This document shows, piece after piece, positions 10,200-20,797 of a DNA stretch of 64,000 nt (positions are counted from its first letter, which is position 1; each line of letters starts with the position of its first letter). The DNA lies in the IMG/VR virus record IMGVR_UViG_3300032292_000618, positions 32,001 to 96,000 of that record; one strand, given 5' to 3'. The notes under the pieces were generated by a model that was not told the origin of the DNA, searched no databases, and worked only from the letters and a program-made list of their open reading frames with translations. Made by a program: the position numbers and the translations under genes. This stretch comes from a virus (lineage: Duplodnaviria > Caudoviricetes).

Positions 10200-11357
10200 A
10201 TGAGTGTCGGTAACGATTTACAAGAAATGGAAGTATCTACTAAAAAATCTGTCACTGCTGTAAATAGGAGTGCCAAGTCTGCAGAAGGTATGCATAAAGC
10301 AACCATTCCAGGCGAAGGTCTTGTTGCTGGAGTGGAAGATTTAGGAGGTCCAACTCCCCAGAATTCAAGACCTGATGATGAGTCAAACAAGTATAAGACT
10401 CCTTCTGGAAAACTAAAGGCTGTTAGAGATGTTCAGCATAAAGGAGCTAAGTCTCCTGACCCAATGCAACATGCTAACAAAGCAGCAATGTCTTATGAAG
10501 AAACTGAATCTGAAGAAGAAGATTTAGTTTTAGAATCAGAAGAGTCTGAGGAAGATGAAGTTGTAGATGGTGAAGCAGAAGGTGAAGAAGTTGTAGAAGA
10601 AGACACTCTTTCACTGAAAGAAAAGTTAGATCAGATTGCAAACGAAAATATTGATTACTCTGATGATATCAATGCTCTTATGGAAGGTGAAAATCTTTCA
10701 GAAGAGTTTATGAAGAAGGCAGCAACAATTTTTGAAGCTGCTGTTAAATCAAAACTTATTTCTGCTATGGAAGCACTACAAGATCAATATCAAAAAGATC
10801 TTGTAGAAGAAGTTACAGAAATAAGATCAGAACTAACAAGTAGAGTTGATGCTTATCTTGAGTATGTATCTGAAGAGTGGATTGAAGAAAACGCTCTTCA
10901 GATTGAATCAGGGATTAAGGGAGAAATCTCAGAATCCTTCATGAGCAAACTCTTTGAACTTTTTGAAGAACATTATGTAGAAATCCCTGAAGATAAATAT
11001 AATGTGCTAGAAGGCATGGTCGAAAGACTAGATGAAATGGAGTCAAAACTCAACGAACAGATCGAAAGAAATGTTCAATTAAATCAAAGACTAAGTGAGG
11101 CTGTAAGTGATACCATTTTTAATAATGTAACTGAAGGGTTAGCTTTAACTCAGAAGGAAAAACTTGCAGGTCTTGCAGAAGGTGTTGAGTTTGAAGGTGA
11201 GACAGACTATCGTGAGAAACTGGAAACTCTAAAGGAGTCATACTTCCCAAGAGCAACAGGTTCTACAAGAGAAGAAGTGCTGATTCAAGAAAATGTTGAG
11301 GAGTATACTCCTCAAATGAACGCTTATCTGAGAGCACTTAACAAATTCTCAAAGTGA
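10200..11357 (+). CDS. gp22: Prohead scaffolding/core protein (gp22)
   Basis: Acidic coiled coil, KAATIFEAAV, YLEYVSEEW; lies between gp21 and gp23. Confidence 0.93.
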   Translation: MSVGNDLQEMEVSTKKSVTAVNRSAKSAEGMHKATIPGEGLVAGVEDLGGPTPQNSRPDDESNKYKTPSGKLKAVRDVQHKGAKSPDPMQHANKAAMSYEETESEEEDLVLESEESEEDEVVDGEAEGEEVVEEDTLSLKEKLDQIANENIDYSDDINALMEGENLSEEFMKKAATIFEAAVKSKLISAMEALQDQYQKDLVEEVTEIRSELTSRVDAYLEYVSEEWIEENALQIESGIKGEISESFMSKLFELFEEHYVEIPEDKYNVLEGMVERLDEMESKLNEQIERNVQLNQRLSEAVSDTIFNNVTEGLALTQKEKLAGLAEGVEFEGETDYREKLETLKESYFPRATGSTREEVLIQENVEEYTPQMNAYLRALNKFSK

Positions 11358-11426
11358 ACTTTAGGTTATACTAAATATTTGTAGTTAAACAAACACTTTA
11401 CCAAGACTTAACAAGGAGAAAAGCAA

Positions 11427-12872
11427 ATGTTCCTTTCAGAACAATTGCAGAGAAAGTGGGAACCTCTACTTGAGGCTGAAGGTCTTAACAAGATTTCAGA
11501 TCCTTATAAGAGAGCTGTTACCGCTCAACTGCTAGAAAACCAAGAAAGATTTTTAAGAGAAGAGAGAGCCTTCATTTCTGAAGCTGCTCCTAACATCAAC
11601 ACCCTATCAGGTGCAACTCCTGGTGCAGGTTCAGGCAATGCAGGTTTCTCAGGAAACGCAACTGCTGGTGGTCCTGTTGCTGGTTTTGATCCTGTTCTGA
11701 TCTCACTGATCAGACGTTCAATGCCTAATTTGGTTGCATATGATCTTGCTGGCGTTCAGCCAATGAATGGTCCAACTGGACTAATCTTTGCAATGAGAAG
11801 CAGATATGTTAACCAGAATGGTCAGGAAGCACTCTTCAATGAGCCTGATACTGCATACTCTGCTCAGAACAGTGGTGCAAACCTAACTCAAGGTGACTAC
11901 ACTGGTGGTTCAGATGGTGGTGCATCTGTAGGTTTTGGTACTACTGGTTTTGCACTTGGTGGATCTGCTGCTGGATCAAACCCTGCAGACCTTAACAGTG
12001 CTGGTGCTCTTGGAGTCAACTATAAGACTGGTCAAGGCATGGGCACTGCTTCTGCTGAGGCACTTGGTGATGCTGATGGAAATCAGTTCAACCAGATGGC
12101 ATTCAGTATTGAGAAGCTTGCAGTTACTGCAAAGTCAAGAGCACTCAAAGCTGAGTACACCCTTGAGCTTGCACAAGACCTCAAGGCAATTCATGGTCTT
12201 GATGCTGAAGCTGAGTTAGCAAACATTCTCTCAACTGAAATCCTTGCTGAGATCAACAGAGAGATCATCAGAACCATCTATAAGGTTGCTGAAACTGGTG
12301 CACAGACCAATGTTGCTACTTCAGGTATCTTTGACCTGGATGTAGACTCCAATGGTAGATGGTCAGTTGAGAAGTTCAAGGGTCTTCTGTTCCAACTTGA
12401 GAGAGATGCTAATGCTATCGCTCAAAGAACAAGAAGAGGGAAGGGTAATGTAATCCTCTGCTCTGCTGATGTTGCTTCTGCACTCACCATGGCAGGTTTA
12501 CTTGATTACACCCCTGCACTCAATGCTAACCTGAATGTTGATGATACTGGCAATACTTTTGCTGGTGTTCTCAATGGTAAGTTCAAGGTTTATATTGACC
12601 CATATTCTGCAAACCTTGCTGCTGAGCAGTATTATGTTGTAGGTTACAAGGGAACCAATCCTTATGATGCTGGTTTGTTCTACTGCCCTTATGTACCTCT
12701 CCAGATGGTACGTGCTGTTGGTCAGGACACCTTCCAGCCTAAGATTGGCTTCAAGACCAGATATGGTATGGTTGCAAACCCATTTGCAGAAGGTACCGAT
12801 CAAGGTCTTGGCAGAATCCAACAGAATACCAACAGATACTACAGAAGAGTACAAGTCAAGAACCTCATGTGA
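11427..12872 (+). CDS. gp23: Major capsid protein (gp23)
   Basis: LLENQE, GVQPMNGPTGLIFAMR, KSRALKAEY, FQPKIGFKTRYG. Confidence 0.99.
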   Translation: MFLSEQLQRKWEPLLEAEGLNKISDPYKRAVTAQLLENQERFLREERAFISEAAPNINTLSGATPGAGSGNAGFSGNATAGGPVAGFDPVLISLIRRSMPNLVAYDLAGVQPMNGPTGLIFAMRSRYVNQNGQEALFNEPDTAYSAQNSGANLTQGDYTGGSDGGASVGFGTTGFALGGSAAGSNPADLNSAGALGVNYKTGQGMGTASAEALGDADGNQFNQMAFSIEKLAVTAKSRALKAEYTLELAQDLKAIHGLDAEAELANILSTEILAEINREIIRTIYKVAETGAQTNVATSGIFDLDVDSNGRWSVEKFKGLLFQLERDANAIAQRTRRGKGNVILCSADVASALTMAGLLDYTPALNANLNVDDTGNTFAGVLNGKFKVYIDPYSANLAAEQYYVVGYKGTNPYDAGLFYCPYVPLQMVRAVGQDTFQPKIGFKTRYGMVANPFAEGTDQGLGRIQQNTNRYYRRVQVKNLM

Positions 12873-12890
12873 GTTTCTTTTCAACTCTTC

Positions 12891-12920
12891 AGGGACCTCC
12901 TTTTTGGGGGTCCTTTTTTT
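12891..12920 (+). terminator. Rho-independent terminator after gp23
   Basis: AGGGACCTCC-TTTTT-GGGGGTCCTT followed by a T run. Confidence 0.85.
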
Positions 12921-12941
12921 ATGGGATAAATAGTTCAAAAA

Positions 12942-13505
12942 ATGGCAACAAGTCCTTGGCAAACTCAAGTAACAAATAGAAATTTTCTATCCCCACTTGG
13001 GTTTAAATTTACTTTAGCAAAAGCACCTAAAGTAGATTTTTTTTCAAACTCTGCAAACATTCCTTCAATAACTTTAGGAACTGCTATCCAAACTCGCTAT
13101 GGAAAGAACATAGATATTCCTGGCGATAAAATGAATTTTGAAGATTTTAGTTTGAGATTTTTGGTAGATGAAGACTTAGAAAATTATATGGAAATCCAGA
13201 ACTGGATGAGGGGACTGGGGTTCCCATATAGCTTAGAACAATACAGTGATCTTCAAACTGAAGATACTGGATACAATTCTCCAGCAATAGAAGGAAGATT
13301 TTACGAAGAGTCTGATGGAACTCTTCAAATTTTAAACAGTAATTTTGTTCCAAATGCTCAGGTAATTTATACTGGATTATTTCCATATTACCTATCAACT
13401 CTTCAGTTTGATGCTACACAAACTGATATCCAATACTTTACAGCAGAAGTAACATTTAAGTATACTTATTATAGAATAGTTAGCCCAACAGGAACTCCTT
13501 TATGA
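12942..13505 (+). CDS. gp3: Tail tube terminator/completion protein (gp3)
   Basis: NRNFLSPLGFKF, FLVDEDLENY; conserved position after gp23. Confidence 0.88.
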   Translation: MATSPWQTQVTNRNFLSPLGFKFTLAKAPKVDFFSNSANIPSITLGTAIQTRYGKNIDIPGDKMNFEDFSLRFLVDEDLENYMEIQNWMRGLGFPYSLEQYSDLQTEDTGYNSPAIEGRFYEESDGTLQILNSNFVPNAQVIYTGLFPYYLSTLQFDATQTDIQYFTAEVTFKYTYYRIVSPTGTPL

Positions 13506-13933
13506 TTTCTCTTGATGAAATTCAAATGATGTGGAAAGAAGACTCTGAAATTAATATAGATGATTTACACAATGAGTCTTTAAAAGTTCCACTACTACAT
13601 TCAAAATATTATGAAATTTACAACAATGTATCACTTTTAAGAAAACAGGCACTAATTACATTCAAAACAAAAAAATTAGCAAGATCTAATTATTATAATG
13701 GGAAGGCAGATCCAGAAGTCTATAAAGATGATCCATTTCCATATAAAATTAGAGATAAAGAAACACTAACAAGATATCTTGAGGCCGATGAGGAATTAAA
13801 TAAAGTCTTACTTAAGATTGATTACTATGATACAATATTAAAGTATCTTGAAGAAATTATAAAAATGATTTCCAATAGATCTTATCAAATAAAAAATTCA
13901 ATTGATTTTTTAAGATTCCAAGCAGGAATGTAA
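13502..13933 (+). CDS. uvsY: Recombination mediator UvsY
   Basis: LHSKY, RSYQIKNSIDF. Confidence 0.9.
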   Translation: MISLDEIQMMWKEDSEINIDDLHNESLKVPLLHSKYYEIYNNVSLLRKQALITFKTKKLARSNYYNGKADPEVYKDDPFPYKIRDKETLTRYLEADEELNKVLLKIDYYDTILKYLEEIIKMISNRSYQIKNSIDFLRFQAGM

Positions 13934-13934
13934 T

Positions 13935-15398
13935 ATGTCTGATTTAGTTATTAGCAAAAAAAATGAAATTTATTTCAAGATTGATTGTGATGCTCATATT
14001 AAATATGAACTAAGCGATCAATTTACATTTGATGTCCCTGGTGCTAAGTTCATGCCTCAATTTAGAAGCAAGCACTGGGATGGAAAAATTCGTCTATTTA
14101 ATATACAGACTGGAGAAATTTATATTGGGTTATTGGATAAATTAATAACCTTTTGTGAGAATCACAATTATAAATTTGAATTTGTAGAAAATAAGTATTA
14201 TGGTCTTCCTGGAGAAATGGACAATTCCATTTCAATGGAAGGTATTAAAGACTATATGGTAAGTATATGTTCACATGCTCCTAGAGATTATCAAGTACAA
14301 GGAGTATATGATGCTTTGAAGTATCAGAGAAAACTCATTTTATCTCCAACAGCTTCTGGTAAATCATTGATGATTTATTCAGTAGTTAGATACTTTGTAG
14401 AAAAAGGAAAAAACATTTTATTAGTAGTTCCTACTACATCTCTAGTAGAGCAGATGTACAAGGACTTTGAAGACTATGGTTGGAACTCTTCTGAATATTG
14501 TCACAAAGTTTATGGTGGCAGTGATAGATTTTCAGAAAAGCAAGTTACCATTTCAACTTGGCAGTCTATTTACAAACTAGATAAAAAGTTTTTTGATAGG
14601 TTTGATGTTGTTATTGGAGATGAGGCTCATCAATTTAAATCTAAATCCTTAATTAACATTATGTCTAATCTGCATAATGCCAAATATAGATTTGGATTTA
14701 CTGGAACTCTTGATGGATCTCAAACCCATAAATTAGTTCTTGAAGGATTATTTGGACCTACTTATAAATTGATCAAAACAGATGAGTTAATAAAGCAAGG
14801 ATTTTTATCCAAATTAAAAATTAAAGTTCTTCTTCTAAAGCATGAACCCCAAAAGTTTAATGTTTATGAGGAAGAAGTTCAATATTTAATTGGAAATTCT
14901 AGGAGAAATAATTTTATAAAGAATTTAGTTCTAGATCTTAAGGGAAATACCTTAGTATTGTTCAGTAGGGTTTCCACTCATGGAGAGCCTCTTTATGAGA
15001 TAATAAATAAAGATGGTAATAAAAATAGAAAGATATTCTTTATTCATGGTGGAGTTGATACTGAAGAAAGAGAATTAGTTAGAAAAATTACAGAAGAAGA
15101 AAGTAATGCGATTATTATTGCTTCTTATGGAACCTTTAGTACTGGAATTAATATAAAAAATTTGCACAATGTGGTATTTGCATCACCTAGTAAATCTAGA
15201 ATAAGAAATCTTCAAAGTATAGGCAGAGTTCTTAGAAAAGGAAAAGAGAAATTATCAGCAACATTATATGATATTGCAGATGATATGACTCATAATAGCA
15301 CAAGAAACTACACTCTCAATCACTTAGTTGAAAGAATTAAAATATACAATGAAGAAAATTTTGATTACGAAATAATTACAATAAATTTTAAAAAATAA
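13935..15398 (+). CDS. uvsW: UvsW DNA/RNA helicase
   Basis: WDGKIRL, SPTASGKS, DEAH, QSIGRVLR. Confidence 0.96.
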   Translation: MSDLVISKKNEIYFKIDCDAHIKYELSDQFTFDVPGAKFMPQFRSKHWDGKIRLFNIQTGEIYIGLLDKLITFCENHNYKFEFVENKYYGLPGEMDNSISMEGIKDYMVSICSHAPRDYQVQGVYDALKYQRKLILSPTASGKSLMIYSVVRYFVEKGKNILLVVPTTSLVEQMYKDFEDYGWNSSEYCHKVYGGSDRFSEKQVTISTWQSIYKLDKKFFDRFDVVIGDEAHQFKSKSLINIMSNLHNAKYRFGFTGTLDGSQTHKLVLEGLFGPTYKLIKTDELIKQGFLSKLKIKVLLLKHEPQKFNVYEEEVQYLIGNSRRNNFIKNLVLDLKGNTLVLFSRVSTHGEPLYEIINKDGNKNRKIFFIHGGVDTEERELVRKITEEESNAIIIASYGTFSTGINIKNLHNVVFASPSKSRIRNLQSIGRVLRKGKEKLSATLYDIADDMTHNSTRNYTLNHLVERIKIYNEENFDYEIITINFKK

Positions 15399-15775
15399 TG
15401 GAACAGGAATTTTACGCTTCAATTAAGTTGGTATCTGGAGAAGAGATCTTTACTTTTCTTTCTGTGTTGGATGAAGATGAAAGAACTCTATTACTTCTAG
15501 ACAGTCCTATTATAATATCACATATAACCACTAAATCTGGTGCAATTGCTGGATATAAGGTTGAACCTTGGATGACTATCCCTGATGACAGTATGTATAT
15601 TATTGATATGGATAAAGTCATTACTATGACTGAAATTACTAATAAAGAAATTATTAAAATATATCATAAATTCAATAGAAGCAGTTCTAAAGTAAATATA
15701 GATAGAACTATGGGATTAATATCCAAAGTTGATGAGGCAAGAAGATCTTTAGAAAAAGCTTATAGAGAAAGTTAG
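15398..15775 (+). CDS. Conserved hypothetical protein, probable Sm-like fold
   Basis: YASIKLVSGEEIF N-terminus; conserved position between uvsW and gp55. Confidence 0.6.
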   Translation: MEQEFYASIKLVSGEEIFTFLSVLDEDERTLLLLDSPIIISHITTKSGAIAGYKVEPWMTIPDDSMYIIDMDKVITMTEITNKEIIKIYHKFNRSSSKVNIDRTMGLISKVDEARRSLEKAYRES

Positions 15776-15786
15776 ATATTATTTTT

Positions 15787-15834
15787 CTTGAAACCTAACA
15801 GAGTGATTCTACTTAAAATACAAATTCTTGTCAA
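15787..15834 (-). promoter_or_regulatory. Sigma70-type promoter plus conserved 25-bp leader (copy 1, minus strand)
   Basis: Reverse complement reads TTGACA-N17-TAGAATCACTCTGTTAGGTTTCAAG; the 25-mer is identical to 44214-44238. Confidence 0.8.
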
Positions 15835-15838
15835 CTAC

Positions 15839-15867
15839 TTGTCATTTTTGTGTTCTTATGCTACTAT
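15839..15867 (+). promoter_or_regulatory. Sigma70-type promoter for gp55
   Basis: TTGTCA-N17-TACTAT. Confidence 0.6.
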
Positions 15868-15890
15868 TTGAACACCTATAAAAATATTTT

Positions 15891-16379
15891 ATGTTAGGAA
15901 TAATGCCTAAAGGAAAGAAAAGGTCAGAACATTACGTAAACAACAAAGAATTCCATCAAGCTCTTACTGAGTATAAAAGAAAAGTAATTCACGCCAAAAA
16001 AAATGATCTTCCTAAACCAAGGATTACAAATTATCTTGGAGAATGCTTTTTAAAAATTGCAACACATTTATCATATAAACCAAACTTTGTAAACTATATG
16101 TTCAAAGATGATATGATATGTGATGGAATAGAAAATTGTATTCAATACATTGATAACTTTGATGTTGAAAGAACAAATCCTTTTGCATATTTTACTCAAA
16201 TAGTTTACTATGCATTTCTAAGAAGAATTGCAAAAGAGAAAAAGCAACTTGAAATTAAAACCAAAATTATCGAAAGATCTGGATTTGATGAAGTATTCTT
16301 TGCAGATACTTCAGAATTAGGTTATGATTCTGCTAATATGAATAATATTAAAGATAATATTAATTATAGATTTTCATAA
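15891..16379 (+). CDS. gp55: Late transcription sigma factor (gp55)
   Basis: HYVNNKEF, PNFVNY, NPFAYFTQI. Confidence 0.96.
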   Translation: MLGIMPKGKKRSEHYVNNKEFHQALTEYKRKVIHAKKNDLPKPRITNYLGECFLKIATHLSYKPNFVNYMFKDDMICDGIENCIQYIDNFDVERTNPFAYFTQIVYYAFLRRIAKEKKQLEIKTKIIERSGFDEVFFADTSELGYDSANMNNIKDNINYRFS

Positions 16380-16402
16380 TAATACTAAGTGAATTTTTTA
16401 AA

Positions 16403-17431
16403 ATGCTAATAGCTATTATAACTGACACCCATTTTAATTTTAAAAAGGGAAATACGATATTTCATGATTACTTTGAGAAATTTTATAGCAAAGTATTTTT
16501 TCCAACACTAAAAAAATACAAAATTGATACTGTCATACACCTTGGTGATATTTTTGACAATCGTAAATCTACAGATTATTGGAGTATTGATTGGACAAAG
16601 AGAGTTATTTTAGAACCACTTAAAAAATATAAAGTTCATTTGGTTCTTGGTAATCATGACATCTTTTATAAGAATACAAATAAACTCAACAGTCCAGAAC
16701 TTTTAATTGGAAATTATAAGAACATTAACATATACACTAAACCATCTAATGTACATTTTGATGGACAGGAAGTGCTGTTTGTTCCCTGGATAACCTCAGA
16801 TGGGGAGTCTGAGACCCTCAGAGCAATACAAAACACTTCTGCTAGGGTTGCTATGGGACACCTTGAATTGTCAGGGTTTTATGCCCATAAAGGGCATGTT
16901 CAAGAAAATGGAAGAGACAAATCTATATTTGAAAAGTTTGATAGAGTATTTTCAGGACACTATCATACTAGAAGTGATGATGGAAAAATATATTATCTTG
17001 GCAATCCATATCAATTATATTGGAATGATTATTCTGATACTAGAGGATTTTCTATATTTGACACAGAAACACTTGAGATTATTAAAATAGATAATCCATA
17101 TCAAATGTTTAAAATTATCAATTATGTTGATGATATGTTTATTAATCTTGAAGATTATGAAAACTGCATGGTTAAGTTGATAGTAAATGAAAAGAAAGAT
17201 AAAGTTAAGTATGAAAAATTCTTAGACTTTTTATTGGAAGCAAATATTCAAGAACTTAAAATCATAGAAAATATTCAAATCAATCATGAATTTGATGCAT
17301 GTGAACATGTAGAGAATGAAGATACTCTATCTCTTCTGAAAAAATATGTTGATGAATCTGAAATTAAGTTAAATAAAAATAGAATAAAAACCTTGATACA
17401 ATCAATATATCAAGAATCATTTCAGATTTAA
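16403..17431 (+). CDS. gp47: Recombination endonuclease, Mre11/SbcD-like (gp47)
   Basis: ITDTH, HLGDIFD, GNHD, SGHYH metallophosphoesterase motifs. Confidence 0.95.
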   Translation: MLIAIITDTHFNFKKGNTIFHDYFEKFYSKVFFPTLKKYKIDTVIHLGDIFDNRKSTDYWSIDWTKRVILEPLKKYKVHLVLGNHDIFYKNTNKLNSPELLIGNYKNINIYTKPSNVHFDGQEVLFVPWITSDGESETLRAIQNTSARVAMGHLELSGFYAHKGHVQENGRDKSIFEKFDRVFSGHYHTRSDDGKIYYLGNPYQLYWNDYSDTRGFSIFDTETLEIIKIDNPYQMFKIINYVDDMFINLEDYENCMVKLIVNEKKDKVKYEKFLDFLLEANIQELKIIENIQINHEFDACEHVENEDTLSLLKKYVDESEIKLNKNRIKTLIQSIYQESFQI

Positions 17432-17432
17432 C

Positions 17433-17714
17433 ATGTATATATTAACAGTTTCAGATGAAGATCAAAACGGAGCATTTGCAGTAGAAAATAGAAACGGAGA
17501 AAAAGTTTTGTTTCTATTTGAGGAAGAAGATGATGCTGTTAGATATAAAATGATGTTAGAAGAATTAGATTATCCAGATATGGATATCATTGAAGTAAAT
17601 ACTGAAGTAGCTGTAGCAGCATGTGACCAATTAGATTATAGTTATGCTATAATCACCTCAGACGATATTGTTATTCCTCCTGATTATGATAAAGTTTCAA
17701 AAACTAAGATATAA
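17433..17714 (+). CDS. Conserved cyanophage hypothetical protein
   Basis: LFEEEDDAVRY; lies between gp47 and gp46. Confidence 0.7.
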   Translation: MYILTVSDEDQNGAFAVENRNGEKVLFLFEEEDDAVRYKMMLEELDYPDMDIIEVNTEVAVAACDQLDYSYAIITSDDIVIPPDYDKVSKTKI

Positions 17715-19407
17715 AAATTTTCTTTCTTCTGGTAATTATTGGACAGAAATTAATCTATCAGAGAGTAATGCAACTTTAGTAGTTGGATATAATGGGGCTG
17801 GAAAGAGCACTATGTTAGATGCTCTTACATTCTCCTTGTTTAATAAACCTTTTAGGAAAATTAATAAAAATCAATTAGTCAACACTTGCAACGAAAAAGA
17901 TTGTAAGGTTGAAATTGAATTTACTGTTAGTGGAAAAAACTGGAAAATTATTAGAGGAATTAAACCAGCTATTTTTGAAATCTATAGAAATAATGTTTTA
18001 TTGGATCAGGCATCATCTTCAAATGATCAACAAAAGTGGATAGAACAGTCGCTATTAAAATTAAATTATAAATCCTTCACTCAGATTATAGTCTTAGGAT
18101 CTTCTAATTTTGTTCCATTCATGCAACTGTCTTCTCAACATAGAAGAGAAGTTGTGGAAGATTTACTTGACATTAAAGTATTTTCTTCTATGAATGATGT
18201 TGCAAAAGTAAAGATAAAAGAATTGCGAGATGAAGTTAGAGACTTTTCATATAAAAAAGAAAACCTTCAAGATAAAATTGATTCTCAATCTAACTTTATT
18301 TTAGAGTTGCAAAAAAGAACAGAACAAGATATAGAAAATAAATCTAATAGAGTATTAGAATTTGAAAATGAAATAATTAAGTTGGATACAAATATAGAAT
18401 CACTTCAGAAAAAAATTGAAGTGTTGAATAATGATCTTATTCTTCTTACTTATTCTGAAGATGACTTAACTAATCTTGAAAATTCTAATGCTGCTATTAA
18501 TCAAAAAATATCTTCTTTAATTGATGAGCATAAATTTTTTAAAAAGAATAGGGTTTGCCCTACATGCACTCAAAATATTGAAGAAGAATTTCGGTTAAAT
18601 AAAATTGAAACCATTGAGAGCAATGCAAAGGAAATTCAAGAAGATCAAAAACATCTTTTAAATTCTATTAAGTCGGAAAAGAAAAAACAAAATGAGTTCA
18701 TTCAAATTACTAAAGAGGTATCAAAATTAATCAATGACATTAATTTTAACAACGTTGAAATTTCTGGATTTAGAAAACAGATCAAAATTATTGAATCTGA
18801 AATTCAAACACTTACCTCCCAAAATCAAGACACAAATATTGAACATGAAAAATTAAAATCACTTAAAGAATCTTTAGAAGATTTACTTCAAGATATTTCT
18901 ACTAAAAAAGAAGAGCTTCAAAATTACGAATTTATCAATCTACTTCTTAAAGATGATGGGGCAAAATCTAAAATTATCAAAAAATACTTACCAATCATTA
19001 ATACTAATTTAAATAAGTATTTGGAAATTTTAGATTTCCCTGTTCATTTTGTTTTAGATGAAGAGTTCAATGAAAAGGCTTTAAACCCAAGTTATCAAGA
19101 TTTTTCTTATTCGTCTTTTTCCGAAGGAGAAAAAATGAGAATAGATCTTGCACTTTTGTTTACTTGGAGAGAAGTTGCCAAAATTAAAAATTCAATCAAC
19201 ACAAATTTATTAATTTTAGATGAGATATTTGATAGCTCACTGGATGAAGCTGGAACAGATTACTTTACTAAAATTATTAAATTTGTAATTAAAAATTCAA
19301 ATACATTTGTTATTTCTCATAAAGTAGATGATTTACTTGAAAAATTTGACAAGACAATTAGATTTGAAAAGAAAAAAGGATTCAGTATGATGGTTGACTC
19401 TAATTGA
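17686..19407 (+). CDS. gp46: Recombination ATPase, Rad50/SbcC-like (gp46)
   Basis: GYNGAGKST, CPTC zinc hook, FSEGEKMRIDL, ILDE. Confidence 0.96.
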   Translation: MIKFQKLRYKNFLSSGNYWTEINLSESNATLVVGYNGAGKSTMLDALTFSLFNKPFRKINKNQLVNTCNEKDCKVEIEFTVSGKNWKIIRGIKPAIFEIYRNNVLLDQASSSNDQQKWIEQSLLKLNYKSFTQIIVLGSSNFVPFMQLSSQHRREVVEDLLDIKVFSSMNDVAKVKIKELRDEVRDFSYKKENLQDKIDSQSNFILELQKRTEQDIENKSNRVLEFENEIIKLDTNIESLQKKIEVLNNDLILLTYSEDDLTNLENSNAAINQKISSLIDEHKFFKKNRVCPTCTQNIEEEFRLNKIETIESNAKEIQEDQKHLLNSIKSEKKKQNEFIQITKEVSKLINDINFNNVEISGFRKQIKIIESEIQTLTSQNQDTNIEHEKLKSLKESLEDLLQDISTKKEELQNYEFINLLLKDDGAKSKIIKKYLPIINTNLNKYLEILDFPVHFVLDEEFNEKALNPSYQDFSYSSFSEGEKMRIDLALLFTWREVAKIKNSINTNLLILDEIFDSSLDEAGTDYFTKIIKFVIKNSNTFVISHKVDDLLEKFDKTIRFEKKKGFSMMVDSN

Positions 19408-19422
19408 TATAGGTGGTATTAT
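19394..19422 (+). promoter_or_regulatory. Sigma70-type promoter
   Basis: TTGACT-N17-TATTAT. Confidence 0.6.
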
Positions 19423-19449
19423 GATTACTGACAAATTATAAAATTTACT

Positions 19450-19986
19450 ATGTTTGGTCCTGATGATGAACAAAATTATGTAAGCATGACAAACAAAGGA
19501 TATAGAATGACTGCAGATGGATTTTGGTTTAAACCATCTAATAATCCAATTACCACAACCTCAGACAATCCTGAATTGGGTTGTTATAAACACACATATC
19601 CTGATGGATCTGTAAAATATACTCTTACAGAAATGCCAGATGACCCTCATACTTTTAATTTGAATATGACTGAAAATACTAATAAAAATGGATTTTGGAA
19701 ATATAATGAAGATAAAACTCTAAAAGATATTGAGCAGTATCTTGCCAGCACTTACAAGGCACATTATACTTCTGAACAGTCCAAGACTCAAACTCTTGAT
19801 CTGATTGAAAGTATTGGCGATGCTGAACCTTTTACAAGGTCTAATGCTATTAAATATCTTTCTAGATTTGGTAAAAAGAATGGAAAGTCAAGGCTTGATA
19901 TTTTGAAAGCAATCCATTACTGCATTCTTCTATATAACTTTGCTGGACTACACAATGAAACTAAGAGCACCTATGAAACTTTCTGA
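19450..19986 (+). CDS. DUF3310-like protein
   Basis: TYKAHY, NAIKYLSRFGKK, DILKAIHY. Confidence 0.75.
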   Translation: MFGPDDEQNYVSMTNKGYRMTADGFWFKPSNNPITTTSDNPELGCYKHTYPDGSVKYTLTEMPDDPHTFNLNMTENTNKNGFWKYNEDKTLKDIEQYLASTYKAHYTSEQSKTQTLDLIESIGDAEPFTRSNAIKYLSRFGKKNGKSRLDILKAIHYCILLYNFAGLHNETKSTYETF

Positions 19987-20638
19987 AAATACTATTAATA
20001 TCCTGAAGAATTTTTCTTCTATTAATCAGTCTATTGTTTTTAAAGAAGGGTCTAAATTGAAGACTATTTCAGTAATGACTAATATCTTTGCTGAAGCAGA
20101 AGTGGAAGAAAGTTTTCCAAAAGATTTTGCAATCTATGATCTTAATCAATTTCTAAATGGACTAAATCTTCACCAAGATCCTGAACTGGATTTTGATAAT
20201 GAAAACTATCTTATTATTCGTGAAGGGAAGAGGAAGGTAAAATATTTTTATGCAGACCCTGAAGTGATTGTATCACCTCCAAATAGAGAGATGAAACTTC
20301 CATCTGAAGATGTCTGTTTTGAACTGGAGCATTCACAACTAGATAAACTTAAGAAAGCAGCATCAGTATATGATCTTGATGATCTTTCTGTTGTTGGAGA
20401 GTCTGGTGTAATTAGACTTGTTGTTAGAGATAAAAAGAATGATACATCTAATGAGTTTTCAATTGTTGTTGGTGAAACTTTAAATACATTTGTGTTTAAT
20501 TTTAAAGTAGAAAACATTAAAATTATTCCTGGTTGCTATAGTGTAATTATTTCAGAAAAGAATGTTGCCAAATTCACTAACGAAAAATACAATCTAACAT
20601 ACTTTATTGCTCTTGAACCAGATTCAACCTTTGAATGA
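19973..20638 (+). CDS. gp45: Sliding clamp (gp45)
   Basis: MKLSENTINILKNFSSINQS, FAIYDLNQFL, YFIALE. Confidence 0.95.
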   Translation: MKLSENTINILKNFSSINQSIVFKEGSKLKTISVMTNIFAEAEVEESFPKDFAIYDLNQFLNGLNLHQDPELDFDNENYLIIREGKRKVKYFYADPEVIVSPPNREMKLPSEDVCFELEHSQLDKLKKAASVYDLDDLSVVGESGVIRLVVRDKKNDTSNEFSIVVGETLNTFVFNFKVENIKIIPGCYSVIISEKNVAKFTNEKYNLTYFIALEPDSTFE

Positions 20639-20781
20639 AATTTAGAGTAAGATACCAACTTCCAAAAGATTCTAGATATCTAGAACTTATTGTTGAAGCA
20701 AATAATCAGTGCCATGCAGTTAAAGTATCTCAGGCACAAATACCTTCAGCAAGAATAGTTGGAGGACCCCAACCAGTTTAA
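20635..20781 (+). CDS. Small hypothetical protein (48 aa; missing from the ORF track)
   Basis: ATGA overlap with the gp45 stop; MKFRVRYQLPKDSRYLELIVEANNQCHAVKVSQAQIPSARIVGGPQPV. Confidence 0.6.
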   Translation: MKFRVRYQLPKDSRYLELIVEANNQCHAVKVSQAQIPSARIVGGPQPV

Positions 20782-20797
20782 TCCTGATTTTTAAATT

